Positions 23,312-36,500 of a stretch of 64,000 nucleotides of DNA are shown here, in pieces. Source of the DNA: Curvularia clavata. Lineage: Eukaryota. Position numbers and translations under genes: made by a program. The stretch covers positions 4,650,001-4,714,000 of the forward strand of contig CP089275.1 of NCBI GenBank assembly GCA_023920165.1. Direction: 5' to 3'. The notes under the pieces were generated by a model. The model was not told the origin of the DNA. It saw nothing but the letters and a program-made list of their open reading frames with translations, and did not search any database. Every line of letters starts with the position of its first letter. Position 1 is the first letter of the stretch.

Positions 23312-25388
23312 ATGCAAAGGACGCCGGCACTGTTCCTGTCAGCTACAAGATGTGTGAGACTCCAAACGTCACGCAGACTGTACTCTGAGCCGCCCATCGT
23401 GAAAATCGACAACGGGACTTTTTACCGTCACCATCCTTCTTTCAAACCCACTCACCAAGATGATTATGCCAATCCGCCTTTGTTTCCTAGTTTGACACTA
23501 TCCCTGCCTTCTCATTCCACACCGAACCAGCATTGGGCTATCTTAAGTCCCTCGTCGGATGTTCGGACGGCGTTTCTTCAGATAATTCGAGGCCAATTAA
23601 TCTGTTTTCCACCTACAGCACGATCGTTCCCTTATCTCCTCACACCGGCCATCACAGAGAAGAAGCCGCATCTTCGCTTCCCGGAGCGTGCTATTGAGTA
23701 TGTAGGTTTCGATGTTGAGCGCAAAGCCTTCGGTGGCGCGTACTTGTCTGCTCGGTATGAGTCGTTGAAGGAAGAGACGGATTTTACAGTTCAGCGCTAC
23801 TTAACAGGCATTGTGACGATGAATCCTGGCGAGGAGGAACTCAAGGCTAAGAGAATCCAGCCAGAAGATATGGAGAGGGTTATGCGGGATTTGGAGCTCG
23901 AAAGATTCATCGAAAAGCCCGTCAATATGCTGAGCAATGGACAATCAAGAAGAGCCCGTATTGCCAAGGCATTACTTAGTAGACCAGAGATGTTGTGCTT
24001 GGATGCACCGTTTAGTGAGTCAGAGTCATCGCAATCTTTGCAAGAAAGCCAACTAATGATACCGTTTAGTTGGCTTGGATCCGATAGTCACGAAGCATAT
24101 TTCTACAGTCTTGCATCGCTTGGCTGAAGCGAATGCACCGCGCATTGTGTTGAGTCTGCGACCACAAGATGATATCCCTGAGTGGGTAACGCATCTTGTG
24201 TATGCAGGTGAAGATGGAACAGTGGACCGATTAGGACCCAAAGAGGAAGTTTTGAGATACCTGAAAGACGAGTACAAGTCCCTCCAGGAAAACGGCACCA
24301 CCAAATCATGGAGCTCAAATACAAAAGAAATCCAGGAAGTGGGCAGACTGCTTTCTGAAAGAGACTCCAAATCAACGACAGAAACATTATCACCCAACTC
24401 AGTGCTAAGTCGAGACGGCTACGAAAAGACAGATAACTCTGAACACACACCTGGCGAGCCGCTGGTTGAAATGCAAGGTGTCCGCATCGCCTATGGCCAG
24501 AACTCGGTCTTGGGAGAATGGCAACAAGAAGTCAACGGTACATCTCAGCAAGGCTTCCACTGGGCTGTCCACCGCGGCGAACGCTGGGGTATCTTTGGTG
24601 CGAACGGCTCCGGCAAGACCACACTGCTCAGTCTCGTCACTTCCGATCACCCGCAAACGTATTCCGCGCCCGTCAAACTCTTCCAGCGATCGCGGCTACC
24701 CGAGCCAGGCCGTCCAGGCATCACAATTTTCGAAATCCAATCGCGTATGGGCCATGCAAGCCCGGAAGTGCATGCTCTGTTCCCTAAGCGGTTGAGTCTC
24801 AGAGCAACGCTGGAAAGTGCGTGGAGCGACACGCCGATTACGAAACCGAGAATGGATGAGCTGGCGGAAAAGAAGGTAGATGCTTGCTTAAGGTGGTTTG
24901 AACACGAAATAAGACCTGGCTCTCGCAAGAGTGAGCATGATCACAGTAGCAATGGCGGGAGCCTAGAATGGGCGAGAGAGAGTCTATTCGGTGAGGTATC
25001 CTTCTCAGCACAACGCGTTTTGCTCTTTCTCCGTGCTACCATACGCAATCCTGATATTGTAATCTTGGACGAAGCTTTCAGCGGCATGGATGATCTAGTT
25101 CGCGATAAGTGCCTGTTGTTTCTCAGTCAAGGAGAAAGTATGGAGTTGATACATACGGATGCTGGACCGAGGCCGGTTAGGACTGATCGACGAGATATTG
25201 TAGTCTCGGGGCTACAAGAGCACCAGGCGTTGCTTTGTGTTAGTCATAGCAGACAAGAAGTGCCTGGATGTATTAGAGAGTGGGTGTGTCTTCCTGAGCC
25301 GGGCACTGGTCCACCAAGATTTGGACGATTCCAAGGCCCCATCGAGTTGGATGTTAGGCGGTGGGAAGAAGTATGGGGTTCACTATAG
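23312..25388 (+). CDS. Soluble twin-domain ABC ATPase (ModF/YDR061W-like) with a probable mitochondrial presequence
   Basis: LSNGQSRRARIA..LDAPFIGLD in domain 1; GANGSGKTT and ILDEAFSGMD in domain 2; intron 24015-24070; no transmembrane segments. Confidence 0.88.
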
Positions 25389-25478
25389 ACGATTCACCTA
25401 TCGCAATTCATATCGGACACGAGTTTGCGAGTTCTCCAAAGATTTATATATTCGGAACTTCTGTTCACTACAGTGTCC

Positions 25479-28400
25479 TCACTCTTCATCCTGCCCTACC
25501 TCCTTCTTCGTACCTAACTTCTGCGCCCGCTCCAGAATCTCGCCTGCTAGCCGCTCGAGATAAAACCTCGACACATCAGTCGGCATGTCCTTGAACGCTC
25601 TGACAATCTTCTCGACATCGCGCCGCCCATTCTCATATGCTTGTAAATCCCTGTTGCCATAGACGTCCTTACCAGCTGCATATCCCTTGTCCAGTCCCCT
25701 CCAAAACACGTTTACCGCCACGCTGATACCTTCTTCTGGAGTAGCGGTGTGGCTCCACATGGGCGGTATGAAGAGAATGTCGCCCGGTGCAAGGGACGCA
25801 ATATGCGGGTGTGTACGTCGCAGTTTGGGGTTCTTGGACGCCAGGACATCAGTGTTTGAAGAGGAGCCTCCTGGAGGGAAATCCAAGAGAGAAACGTCAG
25901 ACGGCGGGTAGAGGAACAAGGTCTTTCTCCCATGGACCTGGCAAAGGATATTGGATAGGACGTCGTAGTGTAGCCAGAGGGATACTGGGCCGGAGATGCG
26001 GAGTGGAGAGCTGTGTTGGTTTTCCTTCGCGATGCTACATACTTCAGGCAACTTGAAGTCACTAGCAATAGTTGGAAAGTCATCTTCAAGCTTGGTGGGG
26101 AGCTTGTTTGGCTGGCTTGATGAGACAGCACGCAGGTACTCACGGGAGCCGTTGGCGATCCCATCAAGGAAGTCTGCGACGGACTTCTTCACGTAGGTGA
26201 AGTTTTTGTTCTTGAACGTCATACGATCCGAATTGCACTCATGAACGACGAGTTCCCTTTCCGGTCCAATTTTCTCCTTCAGATAATCCACCGTCCATAA
26301 GTCAGTGCACGGACCAATATCAAGGCCGGTGATGATGGCTGGCTTTGAAGAGGCAACGAGATTCGCAAAGTCACCTGACGATTTCACTTCGATCCTTGGG
26401 ATCTCAGTGGTACGTATCGCCATTGCGGGTCTCTTCTTCGTGCCAACTTTCTCTTTTTGACTTTTTGGTCTTGTTTCAGCTGCATTCGCTTGTCTTGTCC
26501 CTTCTGTGCCTCCTGTGCCGCTGCCGATGTGACTCGGCCTAACGCAACGCCACGACTTGGCCCCTTGCATAGAGCCAGGGAGTATAGTGATCGGATCTTG
26601 GTTCCAGTAGCTGCCCATCGAGAAGCATACGGCTCCTCCGCCTGTAATAACAATCTCGCCTCGAGAGGGTGAAACGGCTCCTACACCCACTAGCAACGGC
26701 CACGACGTGTGTGGCAAGACCTGCATGCTGGGACGGTCCACACTGATGGTCGTGTCCTTGCATCTCAGAACTAGAAAGTCGTCTGATAGACTGTGGATAT
26801 GCTTCTTTGAAACACCTCCAATCATCAGTAGAGATTCGTTCCAGGGAACCAGGATGGAGCCTATACGCGCGTGTAGGGAATTTGTCAGGCTGCTGCGCAC
26901 ATCATTGGTGCGGTCTTTAAAATTCAGTCGAGGTGTTGGTGTGGCGGAAATGGACCACTCCCATAAGGCGTCGTCAACAACCACGCCACTCTCGTTCCCG
27001 CCTCCAACCAGCAACCCTCCATCTTTGGTTGATGTGATGGTAGCCATTGCGGCGCCGAAACGTGCAGACGGTCGCGGTCCGTCAATCGAAATGCGGTGCC
27101 AGCCGTTGTTGGCAGTCCACAAGGCACAGTAATCACTGGCATCGAGTACTGTGCCATCACTAGCTTTGCCGCCAAAGACTAGTACGCCGTAGGTCTGTGA
27201 ATCACCAGACCCTAGTAAAACAGATACTGCCGAATGACGATACCGGGCTGGCACGAGGTCATCTACTTTTGTCCAAGCTCCATGCTTGAAGAGCCAGCAA
27301 TCTGCGCATGCCTGGGCTGGCGACCCACGTCCTCCAACCAACAACGCTTCACCGTCCTGCATTGATGTGATTGTATGGCACATGCGTGCAGTAGGCACTA
27401 GATCACCAGGCTGAATGTTGCGATCCTCGACATGACCCTCCCGTCTCAGCGTATCCATATCAGCGAGACGGGTCTGGGTCCCTTGTCCTCCGTGGACGGC
27501 CACTGTATCCTTGTCCAGTGCAAAAGCCGCTAAGAAACGTCGTGGCGTCAAGGTAGCATCGGTATCCTGCTTCCAAGAATGCAGGGTGATTCCATCCGCG
27601 TTGTTGGTATCTGCATTCTCCTTAGTGGCTGCTTCGTCGTGGATCAACTCATTTGACCCCTGCGGCTCCGCGTTTGATGCGACAAGTAGGAAATAATGGC
27701 CGCCAAATAGCGCAAATTCCTCCCACTCATCAAACGTCTCTGTAGCATTGATGGTACGCCTGAGACTAGGAGGGGTAAAGGAATCATCGGACCAAAGATC
27801 CCACAGATTGCGAGCCATTACTAGCGTGGGCCACCCGGCATTACGGAAACGGGCGGCTTGTTGACTCAGTGATGAATGTAACTTGACCGCTTTGATTGAC
27901 GCTTGCAATTTGTCAAAGTGAGAAAGCATAGTCTTGGCAAATGGATGCTCGGCGCCCTGGGGAAGGTATTGCTCTAGATGACATCAAGTCAGTGGGGGGT
28001 ACAAGTTGTGTACAAATACGAAGGACCATAATCTACCTAGTATACAAAAGCGGGCTATGATTGTTAGCAAGCCTTTTTCGATTGGATGCTCGAGCCGACA
28101 TACCGTCTCCAATGGTGCTAGCCCACTGTATCAGTGCATCAGAATCCTTCAACGGCATGTAAGTCACCGACACTTCGGCGACGAACAGAATGGAGGTTGC
28201 CGCAATGTCAAACTCGGCTCTTAGTGTTTTCTCGAGAGTCCCAAGATCCTTGAGATCACAGCCCAACGCCATATAGCCGTCACTGCGGAGAAGTATAGGC
28301 TGCTCGGCTGGACGGAGTTTCGTCTTCAAGAGAGCGTCTCGAAGGAGGCCATTACTCAGCATACGCTCCCGTTTCTTCTCCATTAACTGCGGATAATCAA

Positions 28401-28963
28401 CATCTACAAATACAGCTGAGTGTGCAAGAGAAGGATATCTGTGCCAAAACTGAAAGGGCAACGGGTCACTCCTTGAAGTTAGTGTCTTGTATCGTAGGAT
28501 AACGAACGTCTTACTCACTATCCACATCCAAGATTTACGACGACTTTTGATTTTCCATTTTCTTCTTCTAAGAATCGGCGGACTGATTGCTCGATGGCGT
28601 GCATACGCAGCCAGTAGCCGCGGTTAATGAGTGGGTCTTGTTCACACATCGTCAGTATGCTTGGTAAAAACATCAAGAACGTAAATCCACGCACTGCGAC
28701 GGACAAACTTGGGCACAAATGGCTCATAGAAATCTGGCTCATGGCCGAGATAAAGTTTAGAAACGCTCCTCTTAGAAACAATGCTGCTGTCATTTGTCTG
28801 GCCACTATGTCAGTGCCATGGCCCCAGCGAAGCTGTCGCTGGTACCATTGGAAGAAAGCCTCACATTCATAATGTCAACATCTCTTCTTTCGCGCAAGGT
28901 TTTCTGGTTGCCTTTACGCTTGGCAGCTTCCTTCCTGAGCCGCGCATTGGTATCCGTCACCAT
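25479..28963 (-). CDS. PPM2: tRNA wybutosine-synthesising methyltransferase Ppm2/Tyw4 (LCM + Kelch) with a C-terminal JmjC domain
   Basis: Six exons splice to TNDSSIVSKRS..RRNPLINRGYWLR..VNLGCGYDPL..DVDYP..FDEWEEF. Kelch repeats (ARMCHT, ARYRHS, ARFGAA) and the JmjC motif WLHYD..WSH follow. Confidence 0.92.
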
Positions 28964-29555
28964 TTTCGGTGCCTGCGTTGTTCGTGATGTAGGGGTATAC
29001 CAGGAAGAGTAATGTTTTTCCTGTACTGTGGGCAACCAAGTCACGTGCGAAAGCTACGGGGTGGGTTGGCGGCAACGTCCGACAGCACTACGTTATGTCC
29101 GATAGATGTTAGCAAGACTGTCAGCAACATAGTTCACGTTCAATGGCTATTAGACAGCAAAGTCCAATACATGTTGGAAATGTCCGAGAGCTGCTGGGAT
29201 GGTGCCCTAGCCACAACGTGGGGCTGAGTGGTTGAGGCTGAGGCTGATCCCTGCATGCGCGTGTGAACCATCGTCACCAGGCGGCAAGTACATACAAGTT
29301 GCGACCACTCAGTGTGTCTAAGCATCGCTTCTTCCGCATCTCGAGCCTATTTGGCATATGCGCCGCTCTGTCGCCATCGCTCCGACCTACCAAAATATCT
29401 CATACGTCGCCCATAGTGCCGGCCTCTCGTGAACGACTGCCCCAAGCTCCGCTTGCCCATCAGGCTGGTAGCCGACAGCTGCAGACAGCTACAGCTACAG
29501 CATCAGCATCAGCAAGACAACACTGGAGCGGTATACCCGGAACTACACCGTAGAC

Positions 29556-31043
29556 ATGAATTTCGTTACATTCAATCAGGATCACAGCCATTTGGGCGTC
29601 GGTATGCTGTTCATATGACCGCTGCTAGATGGAAACTGACGCCCTCTACCAGGTACCACAAATGGCTATCGTATATACACGACCGACCCGTTTAACAAGC
29701 AATCCGAGTCGCGTGAAGGCGATGTATCCAGCCTCGAAATGCTCTTTTCCACGTCGCTAGTTGCGCTTACACTGTCGCCTCGTGTATTGCGGATACAGAA
29801 CACAAAGGTTTGTTGGACGGGAACCTACGCTTCCTCAGACAAGCACTGACAAGGCCAAGAGACACTCCACTATATGCGAAATGACATTCCGGACGGCTAT
29901 TCTTGCCATGCGCATGAACAGGAAACGCCTTGTGGTTGTCCTGGAATCCGAGCTCTACATCTACGACATAAGCAACATGCAGATGTTGAAGACTGAGAAG
30001 ACATCACCGAACCCAAACGGTAAGGCAGTATAACGACAAATTTGACTGTCGCTAACATTTGCAGCAATATGTGCTCTCTCTGCGTCATCTGAAAACAATT
30101 ACCTCGTGTTCCCACTACCCACGAAGGCCGCACCTGCTACCTTCCAACCGCCCTCACATGCGCCGCCCAAGACCGACCACATTGCGCCCACAAGCGGAGA
30201 GGTGCTGATATATGATGCAACGAAGATGGAGGCAGTCAACGTCATCGAAGCTCACAACTCTCCGCTGTCTTGCATCGCGCTCAACAGTGACGGCACTCTG
30301 TTAGCGACAGCATCGGAAAAGGGTACCATCATCCGCGTCTTTTCCATACCAGATGCGCAGAAACTGTACCAGTTCAGGAGGGGCTCCATACCAGCAAGGA
30401 TATACAGCATGTCATTCAACTCGGCGTCAACTTTACTGAGCGTCTCATCGGCGACCGAAACGGTCCACATCTTTCGCTTAGGGGCACCAAACAGCAGAAG
30501 TAATAGCGTGTCCTCAGGATCTGCCCGACCAACGGCTACTGGTCACCAGCGAAATAGCAGCCTAGCGAGTGAAGAGGCACCCGATGAATTCGGTGCTAGT
30601 ATGGCAGATATCGCGCCTCCCGAGCGGAAAGCACTTAACCCCACCTTTGGAAGTTTGATCCGACGCACATCTCAAACAGTTGGCAAATCTTTCGCTGCTA
30701 CGGTCGGCGGATATTTGCCCAATGCCGTGGCGGAGATATGGGAGCCCTCGCGCGATTTTGCTTGGGTCAAAATACCGCGTTCGCCCACCAGCTCATCATC
30801 TGGTCCGGTAAGAAATGTGGTTGCGCTTAACAACAACGGACCTCAGATCATGGTAGTCACCAGCGAAGGCAACTATTACGTCTTCAACGTTGATCTCGAA
30901 AAAGGAGGCGAGGGAACTCTGTACAAGCAATATTCGTAAGCCACCTGCCCCCTTGTCATTACCTGACTCTTACTGACGCCAACAACAGCCTTCTCGAACC
31001 GAGTGAGCTTGCAGCAAGTAACTCGCAAGATCTACCGGAATAG
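29556..31043 (+). CDS. ATG18: Autophagy PROPPIN Atg18
   Basis: MNFVTFNQD start, [29 protein letters not shown] lipid-binding motif and RDFAW; four introns. Confidence 0.96.
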
Positions 31044-31609
31044 TTTGCCGCTCTCCTGAACTTTTGCTCTGATGTTTTGAATTTGTTTCTGGCGTTTTTT
31101 GCATTGGCTCTGGCGTTCATTTCTTCCATAAATATTATTCCCCATGGATTGGCGCATTCTTTTCTTGAGTCGCGTAATGTTCACCACTGACGTATTGGCG
31201 CACGATACGCAGCCTCGCTGTCTAGTAATACATCCTACTTTGCACCAAGCTTTGTATGTGTATCTTTGGTGATGTCATAGAGAAGTACAGCTAGAAGCTG
31301 ATTGAGTTACGCCAATGCATAGTGCATGAATAGATATCGTGAGGCACGGCGATCAGATCTAGCAGGCCCGCAGCGGGTATGATTAGCGCAGTGGGTGGCC
31401 CCCAGGACCCCGCCCCTGCGTCATTCGTTCTCGTTCCAGAGCTTCAAAGCTCGCTGCCTGATCGGGAACCATAGTTCAACCCATTAATCTTTGCAAAAAC
31501 GTGAGCCCTCTCCTTTTCATCTTCTCTCTCACTCGCTATATACTGGCTCTACACCCTACAGCCACAGTCAACTCCGCGAAATTTTCCAACAGCTTTGAGA
31601 GGCTCCAGC

Positions 31610-32833
31610 ATGGTCCAACCAAATACAGCGGGCAACCCGCTGAGCGCAGGCTCGCTCGCATTATTCATGGCAACCTCGTTGCCAAAGGGCAGCACATCAC
31701 AGCTAAAGGATGGCACCGAGGCTGTCGCACTAGCTGTCCACGCTGGAATGCTCGCCGTCGGCTTCCGCCTTGTCGGACTGGGTGAAGACGAGCGGATAGG
31801 TAGGATCTCACATTATTCGCTTCCTTTGCCACACATTATAACTCAGACACTCACAGAAGCCTACGCAGACGCTGAAAACCCCCAAGAACTGCCTACGCAA
31901 TGGAATGCCTCCTCTTCATATGCTTTCCGATATGCGCACGCCCAATCGGCCATGGAGTTCCTTGTCAAGGTCAACAAGTTGGGAGGCAAGGCTGTCGTCT
32001 TCGCCCTGGCTGTAGGCGACGACAAGACTACCCACTTCGATCTTACGACAAAGGATTACCTCTCTGAATCACAACTACCCTTCAGTGTCCCCGAAGGAAC
32101 ATCAATAGAGGATACCTCACAAAAGCTGCAAGACCTCTTTATTTCAGCAGGCCGTCTGAACGATCTTGGCTCACTGCTCAAGATTTCTGTCATCCAGAAG
32201 CTGGCGCCAAGTCTGAACAAGCCGGGGTACGAGGACAGCACAGCAGAGCGCGACCGTACACCGAGAGCAGATGGACAGGATTCCCAACGAAGTGATCCTC
32301 CCAATCCACGGCAACCACCTGCTGACCCAGACCCCGCACGACCTCACCCGTTCAACGATCCCCTCGCCGCAAGGCCACAATCTGGCCGGCACCTGCCTGA
32401 GCCCATACCCGGCTTCGATGACGAATTGGATTTAAACCGACGGCCAGGCCGTCTCCAAGACGGACACCCCGTCAACATCGGTCATGACGACTTGTATCCT
32501 CAGGGCCTCGGACCAAATGACCCTCTCCGACCACATCTAGCGGGTGGTCTACCACGACCAGGTGGTTTCGGTGGCGGTGGTATGCATCCCACATTCGACG
32601 ACCCGCTGTTTCGAGGACAAGGCGGACAAGGCGGACAAGGCGGATATGATCCAATGGCTCCCCCGGGCGCGCGATACGACACATTTGGGCCTGGTGATCC
32701 GAGAGGAGCAGAGGATAGAGGGAGGGTCCCGAGATTCCCTGGCGGCGGAGGGGGAGGCTTCGGTGGCCCTGGGGGATTCGGCGGCCGACCACCAAATCCG
32801 TTTGGAGGCTTTGGCGACGGCGATTTCATCTAA
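31610..32833 (+). CDS. PI31 proteasome regulator (Fub1/PSMF1-like)
   Basis: AVALAVHAGMLAVGFRL, YAFRYAHAQS, IGHDDLYP, GMHPTFDDPLF and PPGARYD motifs; in-frame intron 31800-31856. Confidence 0.92.
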   Translation: MVQPNTAGNPLSAGSLALFMATSLPKGSTSQLKDGTEAVALAVHAGMLAVGFRLVGLGEDERIGRISHYSLPLPHIITQTLTEAYADAENPQELPTQWNASSSYAFRYAHAQSAMEFLVKVNKLGGKAVVFALAVGDDKTTHFDLTTKDYLSESQLPFSVPEGTSIEDTSQKLQDLFISAGRLNDLGSLLKISVIQKLAPSLNKPGYEDSTAERDRTPRADGQDSQRSDPPNPRQPPADPDPARPHPFNDPLAARPQSGRHLPEPIPGFDDELDLNRRPGRLQDGHPVNIGHDDLYPQGLGPNDPLRPHLAGGLPRPGGFGGGGMHPTFDDPLFRGQGGQGGQGGYDPMAPPGARYDTFGPGDPRGAEDRGRVPRFPGGGGGGFGGPGGFGGRPPNPFGGFGDGDFI

Positions 32834-33581
32834 GCAACAGACTGTTAGCAGATCTAAAGTAAATTTGATGCAGTCAAGGAAGTTGACGATAAAATGAACC
32901 ACAAACGAGTAAAGAATGTCCATGACAACATCCTCTGAATGGGCCCGATGACGTGCATGTGGCACGGTTCAAGAGCTGTAGCGCCTTGACATTGCTCTTA
33001 GCACAGGCCGATGTCCCACACGCATAGCTTAGATTCGTGTAGATAGAAAACTGTATAACAAACGCCATCTTCCAGTGCCTTGTTTCGACATCTAGTCTGC
33101 GATTGTCCAGCTTGTGAAGACTGTACCACACCACGGAGGTCGAGCAGCAGTTCTATGACACGGAGTTTCCATCACCCAAACTGAGCATGTCCCATGACAT
33201 AGACAGTACCTCTCTCGTACCAGCAGTAAAGACAGAAAGATCAAATCTTGTTTTCATGTCCCGAACCATCCTGTGCCAAGCACGATATTACGGAAATGGG
33301 AAGAGCGGCCTAATAGAAAAGCTTTCAATTTTTCCTTTCTTTTTTTTCTCGTTCCCTGCCCCTGGATTTCGAAACACGCTCTTCACCCGCAGTTCTTTTG
33401 TTAATCTGGCTTTTCAGTCACCATGACGCAACTGCGTCCCTTCCATGGCATATTCCTAGCACAGAATACCCGGCAAGGCAAGGCAGGCAAGGCATACACG
33501 ACCCACGCAACCAGGCATGTTTCAAGTTCTTCACAGGAAGGGCAGTTATGTATGGCAAGTAGGCTGTGTACATGTATGTAT

Positions 33582-33595
33582 GGGGGGGGGGGGGG
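33582..33595. repeat. G14 homopolymer
   Basis: 14 consecutive G. Confidence 0.9.
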
Positions 33596-36500
33596 TCCCG
33601 CCTCGCTCTTACTGGCTTGTTGTGGGGGGAAAGGGTGGCTTAGACTTTTTGTATGCGTAGTGTGTATCTTTAGATACCTCTTGACTAGCTATGCATGTGT
33701 GTCTGGCTCTGGGCGCAGCAGCTGTGTGTTTGCGTCATGTGGGATAAAGATTCCCTTTGTCCGTGGGGTCTGATCAGTACTCTGTTGTTCGAGTCAGGAC
33801 AAGGCCATGGACAAAGAGGTGTGAGCAATCTATCAAATCGTCCCCTCTGACAAATACAAGGTGGGGAGCACTTGAAACGGAAGAGTCTCGAACTAGAGCT
33901 CGCTTCCGTATGCTTCTCTTGGAAGCTGAGGGTGTGCGGGTGGTGGGGAAGGGAACGTGACAGGCCACGCATCTTGAAATCTGTAGCTTGCCTTTTGGTA
34001 ACAAAACTTCGTTCTGGGGTTAGCTGCGTACATGAGAGCGCAGTGCAGGCGCTTCGCGGCAAGAAATTTGGCGACAGGCTTCTTCCCAGTTACAAACAGT
34101 CGGGGGTGAAGGTAGGGATGGGTGGTCAGTAGGGAACAGGTATCATCATCCTACGTAGCAGGTTGGCTATAGTTAATCACATTGCTGCCTTCATCTCACT
34201 CCACCCCGTTGTTCCAAGAATGTATGAATCATGCACAACGGCGCGTTGCTAAACGCCCCTTTGTGAAGCCTGTCACTTGAAGACATGAAGGATGCTGCGT
34301 TTACCGTACGTTTGGGTCGAACACGGCTCGCATATTCTTCGGTGTCAAAGGGGTGCCCTTAGTGTGCCGACCAAGGAGCGTCGACTGTATACTGCCGGTG
34401 GTTCAAGACACCGGGTGGGAAGACAGAGTGACTCCGTCAATCAACTGCCGTTTGGTCTCTAGTATGGGTATTCTGGATGGTAGGTCTGGTGTTACATCAG
34501 ACCGTGGGCAGTGGATGAGATGTGGTGGGGAGGGAGGGCGAAAACGCGCTTCAACGGCGCTTCTAGGCGCGAAAGGGGACTATGGTTGACGGAACGACAA
34601 TCCTTGTCGTTTTTGAATAAGCTCCTGGACAATCAGTGCGAGATTCGTCCACTACTATCGAGAAGAATTTTGTTGCTTCACTTTTGCCGCATAGAAACCG
34701 TATCGGCAAGGCGCACACAAGACTTTTCCTTGTCGTCTATCTTCAGCGTCCACTTCTTGTTTCGCTGAGTGGATTGTATCGTGCCATTGTACATTTCTTG
34801 TCTTTTGGAAGTCGAGTTGGCGCTTGTAGGTGTCTTGAAATGTGGTGTTTTTGCTCACACGAATAGGTTCGTCGATAAGCCAAATGATGGAACTGGCGTA
34901 TAAGGTCACGAGGAGTGTCATCACAATACTTCTTAAACCAATTGGTCAGGTCAACCGTATGTTGCTGCTGCCTTTGACGGAAGCATACAGCCTTACGTGC
35001 GTAGGAGCGCTTGATGGTACGGAAATGCCGGATGCCGGCATACGCTTCACATGGATATGCTTTCCGCGTGCCGTTGGGTTGCACTTCGTAGGCGCAAATG
35101 GGGTTGATTTTGCCGCCATTTGCACCAACAGTAACGACTGGATGACCTACCATTTGCCAAAATGGGCGAATATCCACTCAAGTATGCTGCTTCATTTATG
35201 CAGTTATCCTTCTTTTCACAGCCCTTGTAAGTGAATTTAGCGGCCGAACAGAGAGCGATTGTCATTCTATTGGTCGCAGTGTCGACCGACCTGTGGCCGG
35301 CGCTTAACCAATGGCTACAAGGGCGCAAAATGATCCGCATGGGGTTACAATGGTTGTATGCAAGGTGAAGTGTTAGAAGTGTCTGCAACCAGACTCCTGG
35401 ACTGCATCGCGCCTGGAGCCGCTGTCACAGATCCCATGTCACATCAAGTTAACTCCGTCCCCTTACAGCCGACTTATTGGACTAAAACCCCGAGACGTCC
35501 TTAGTAGCTAGCGTTGGGGGCAGGGCAAGATTTTCGGGACTCGGTGACGGTTTTGTGCAAATGGATTCTTGTCGGGCTTATGAATGTGCACCAGTCAGAA
35601 TTACTGGTCCAAGGGCTGCATATGACAGCTGGTCGATTTGCCAAAGAAACAGGTGGTGCATGCCGCGCGGTCGCTACCAGCAGAATGGATGGAGTGTCAT
35701 GGAGGACGCAGAACGCGATGTGGGCATTACAGCTAGACCTCGATGTCCTGCCTGTTATTTGTGTTTCTGGCACTCGTACGATAACGCGACAGGAAGCCAG
35801 GGGTGGTGCTTCCCCGCAAGCGAGATGAAGAGGATCTAGTTCTCTCCCCGCGGAACACAAAAACATCTTCCGTCTGCGCTCTGTCTGCGTTCATCGCCAT
35901 GATCCTGCGCTTTCGCCGCATGATGGCACCGGGATGAAGATCTCGGGGAAACAACTGCTTGTAGAGCGCACGATAGTAGGGGGATGTGCTGTTCAAGCAG
36001 CCGGCCCGATCTGACCGCGCCACAACGTTGCGATCTTTTTCGAAAAAGGGGGCCGGGGTTGTTCATGGCGTAACGCCAACAGGTCGATTTCTTGTTTTCC
36101 CATCCGCGTGATGGCCAATGTTACTGGCTCGAATACCGGTACAATTACGTGTACTTGACGGGTTATCCGCAAAAGTGCCGAAGCGTGGTTGACACTGGTG
36201 CAAGCGCCAAGGACTTTGCCTGTTTGAAGATAGGCTCCGGACGGCAGACACGCCGAGACCGGGCTATGACGGGCGATGGAGGACATTGACAGCGTGATTT
36301 GTATCCAGGGCCAAAGCTGGTACTCGGCGTTCGTGACAAAATGATTGATTTTCCGATAGGCGGGTCGGATAGGCCCGAGTGCGCTTAAACCAAACTTCAG
36401 TGCGCCGGGTTGAACCATGCAATGACACAGGTTTCTGGTCCGAGGGACGCAGGGTGAGGTTGCGCAACAGCCTCGCCTCGAAAATCTGCACTGGTCGACT

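Noticed and set aside
29041..29049. E-box GTCACGTG between PPM2 and ATG18
   Set aside because: A single short motif that cannot be distinguished from chance without conservation data.
32615..32643. (GGACAAGGC)n repeat
   Set aside because: It simply encodes the GQG repeats in the PI31 Gly-rich tail.
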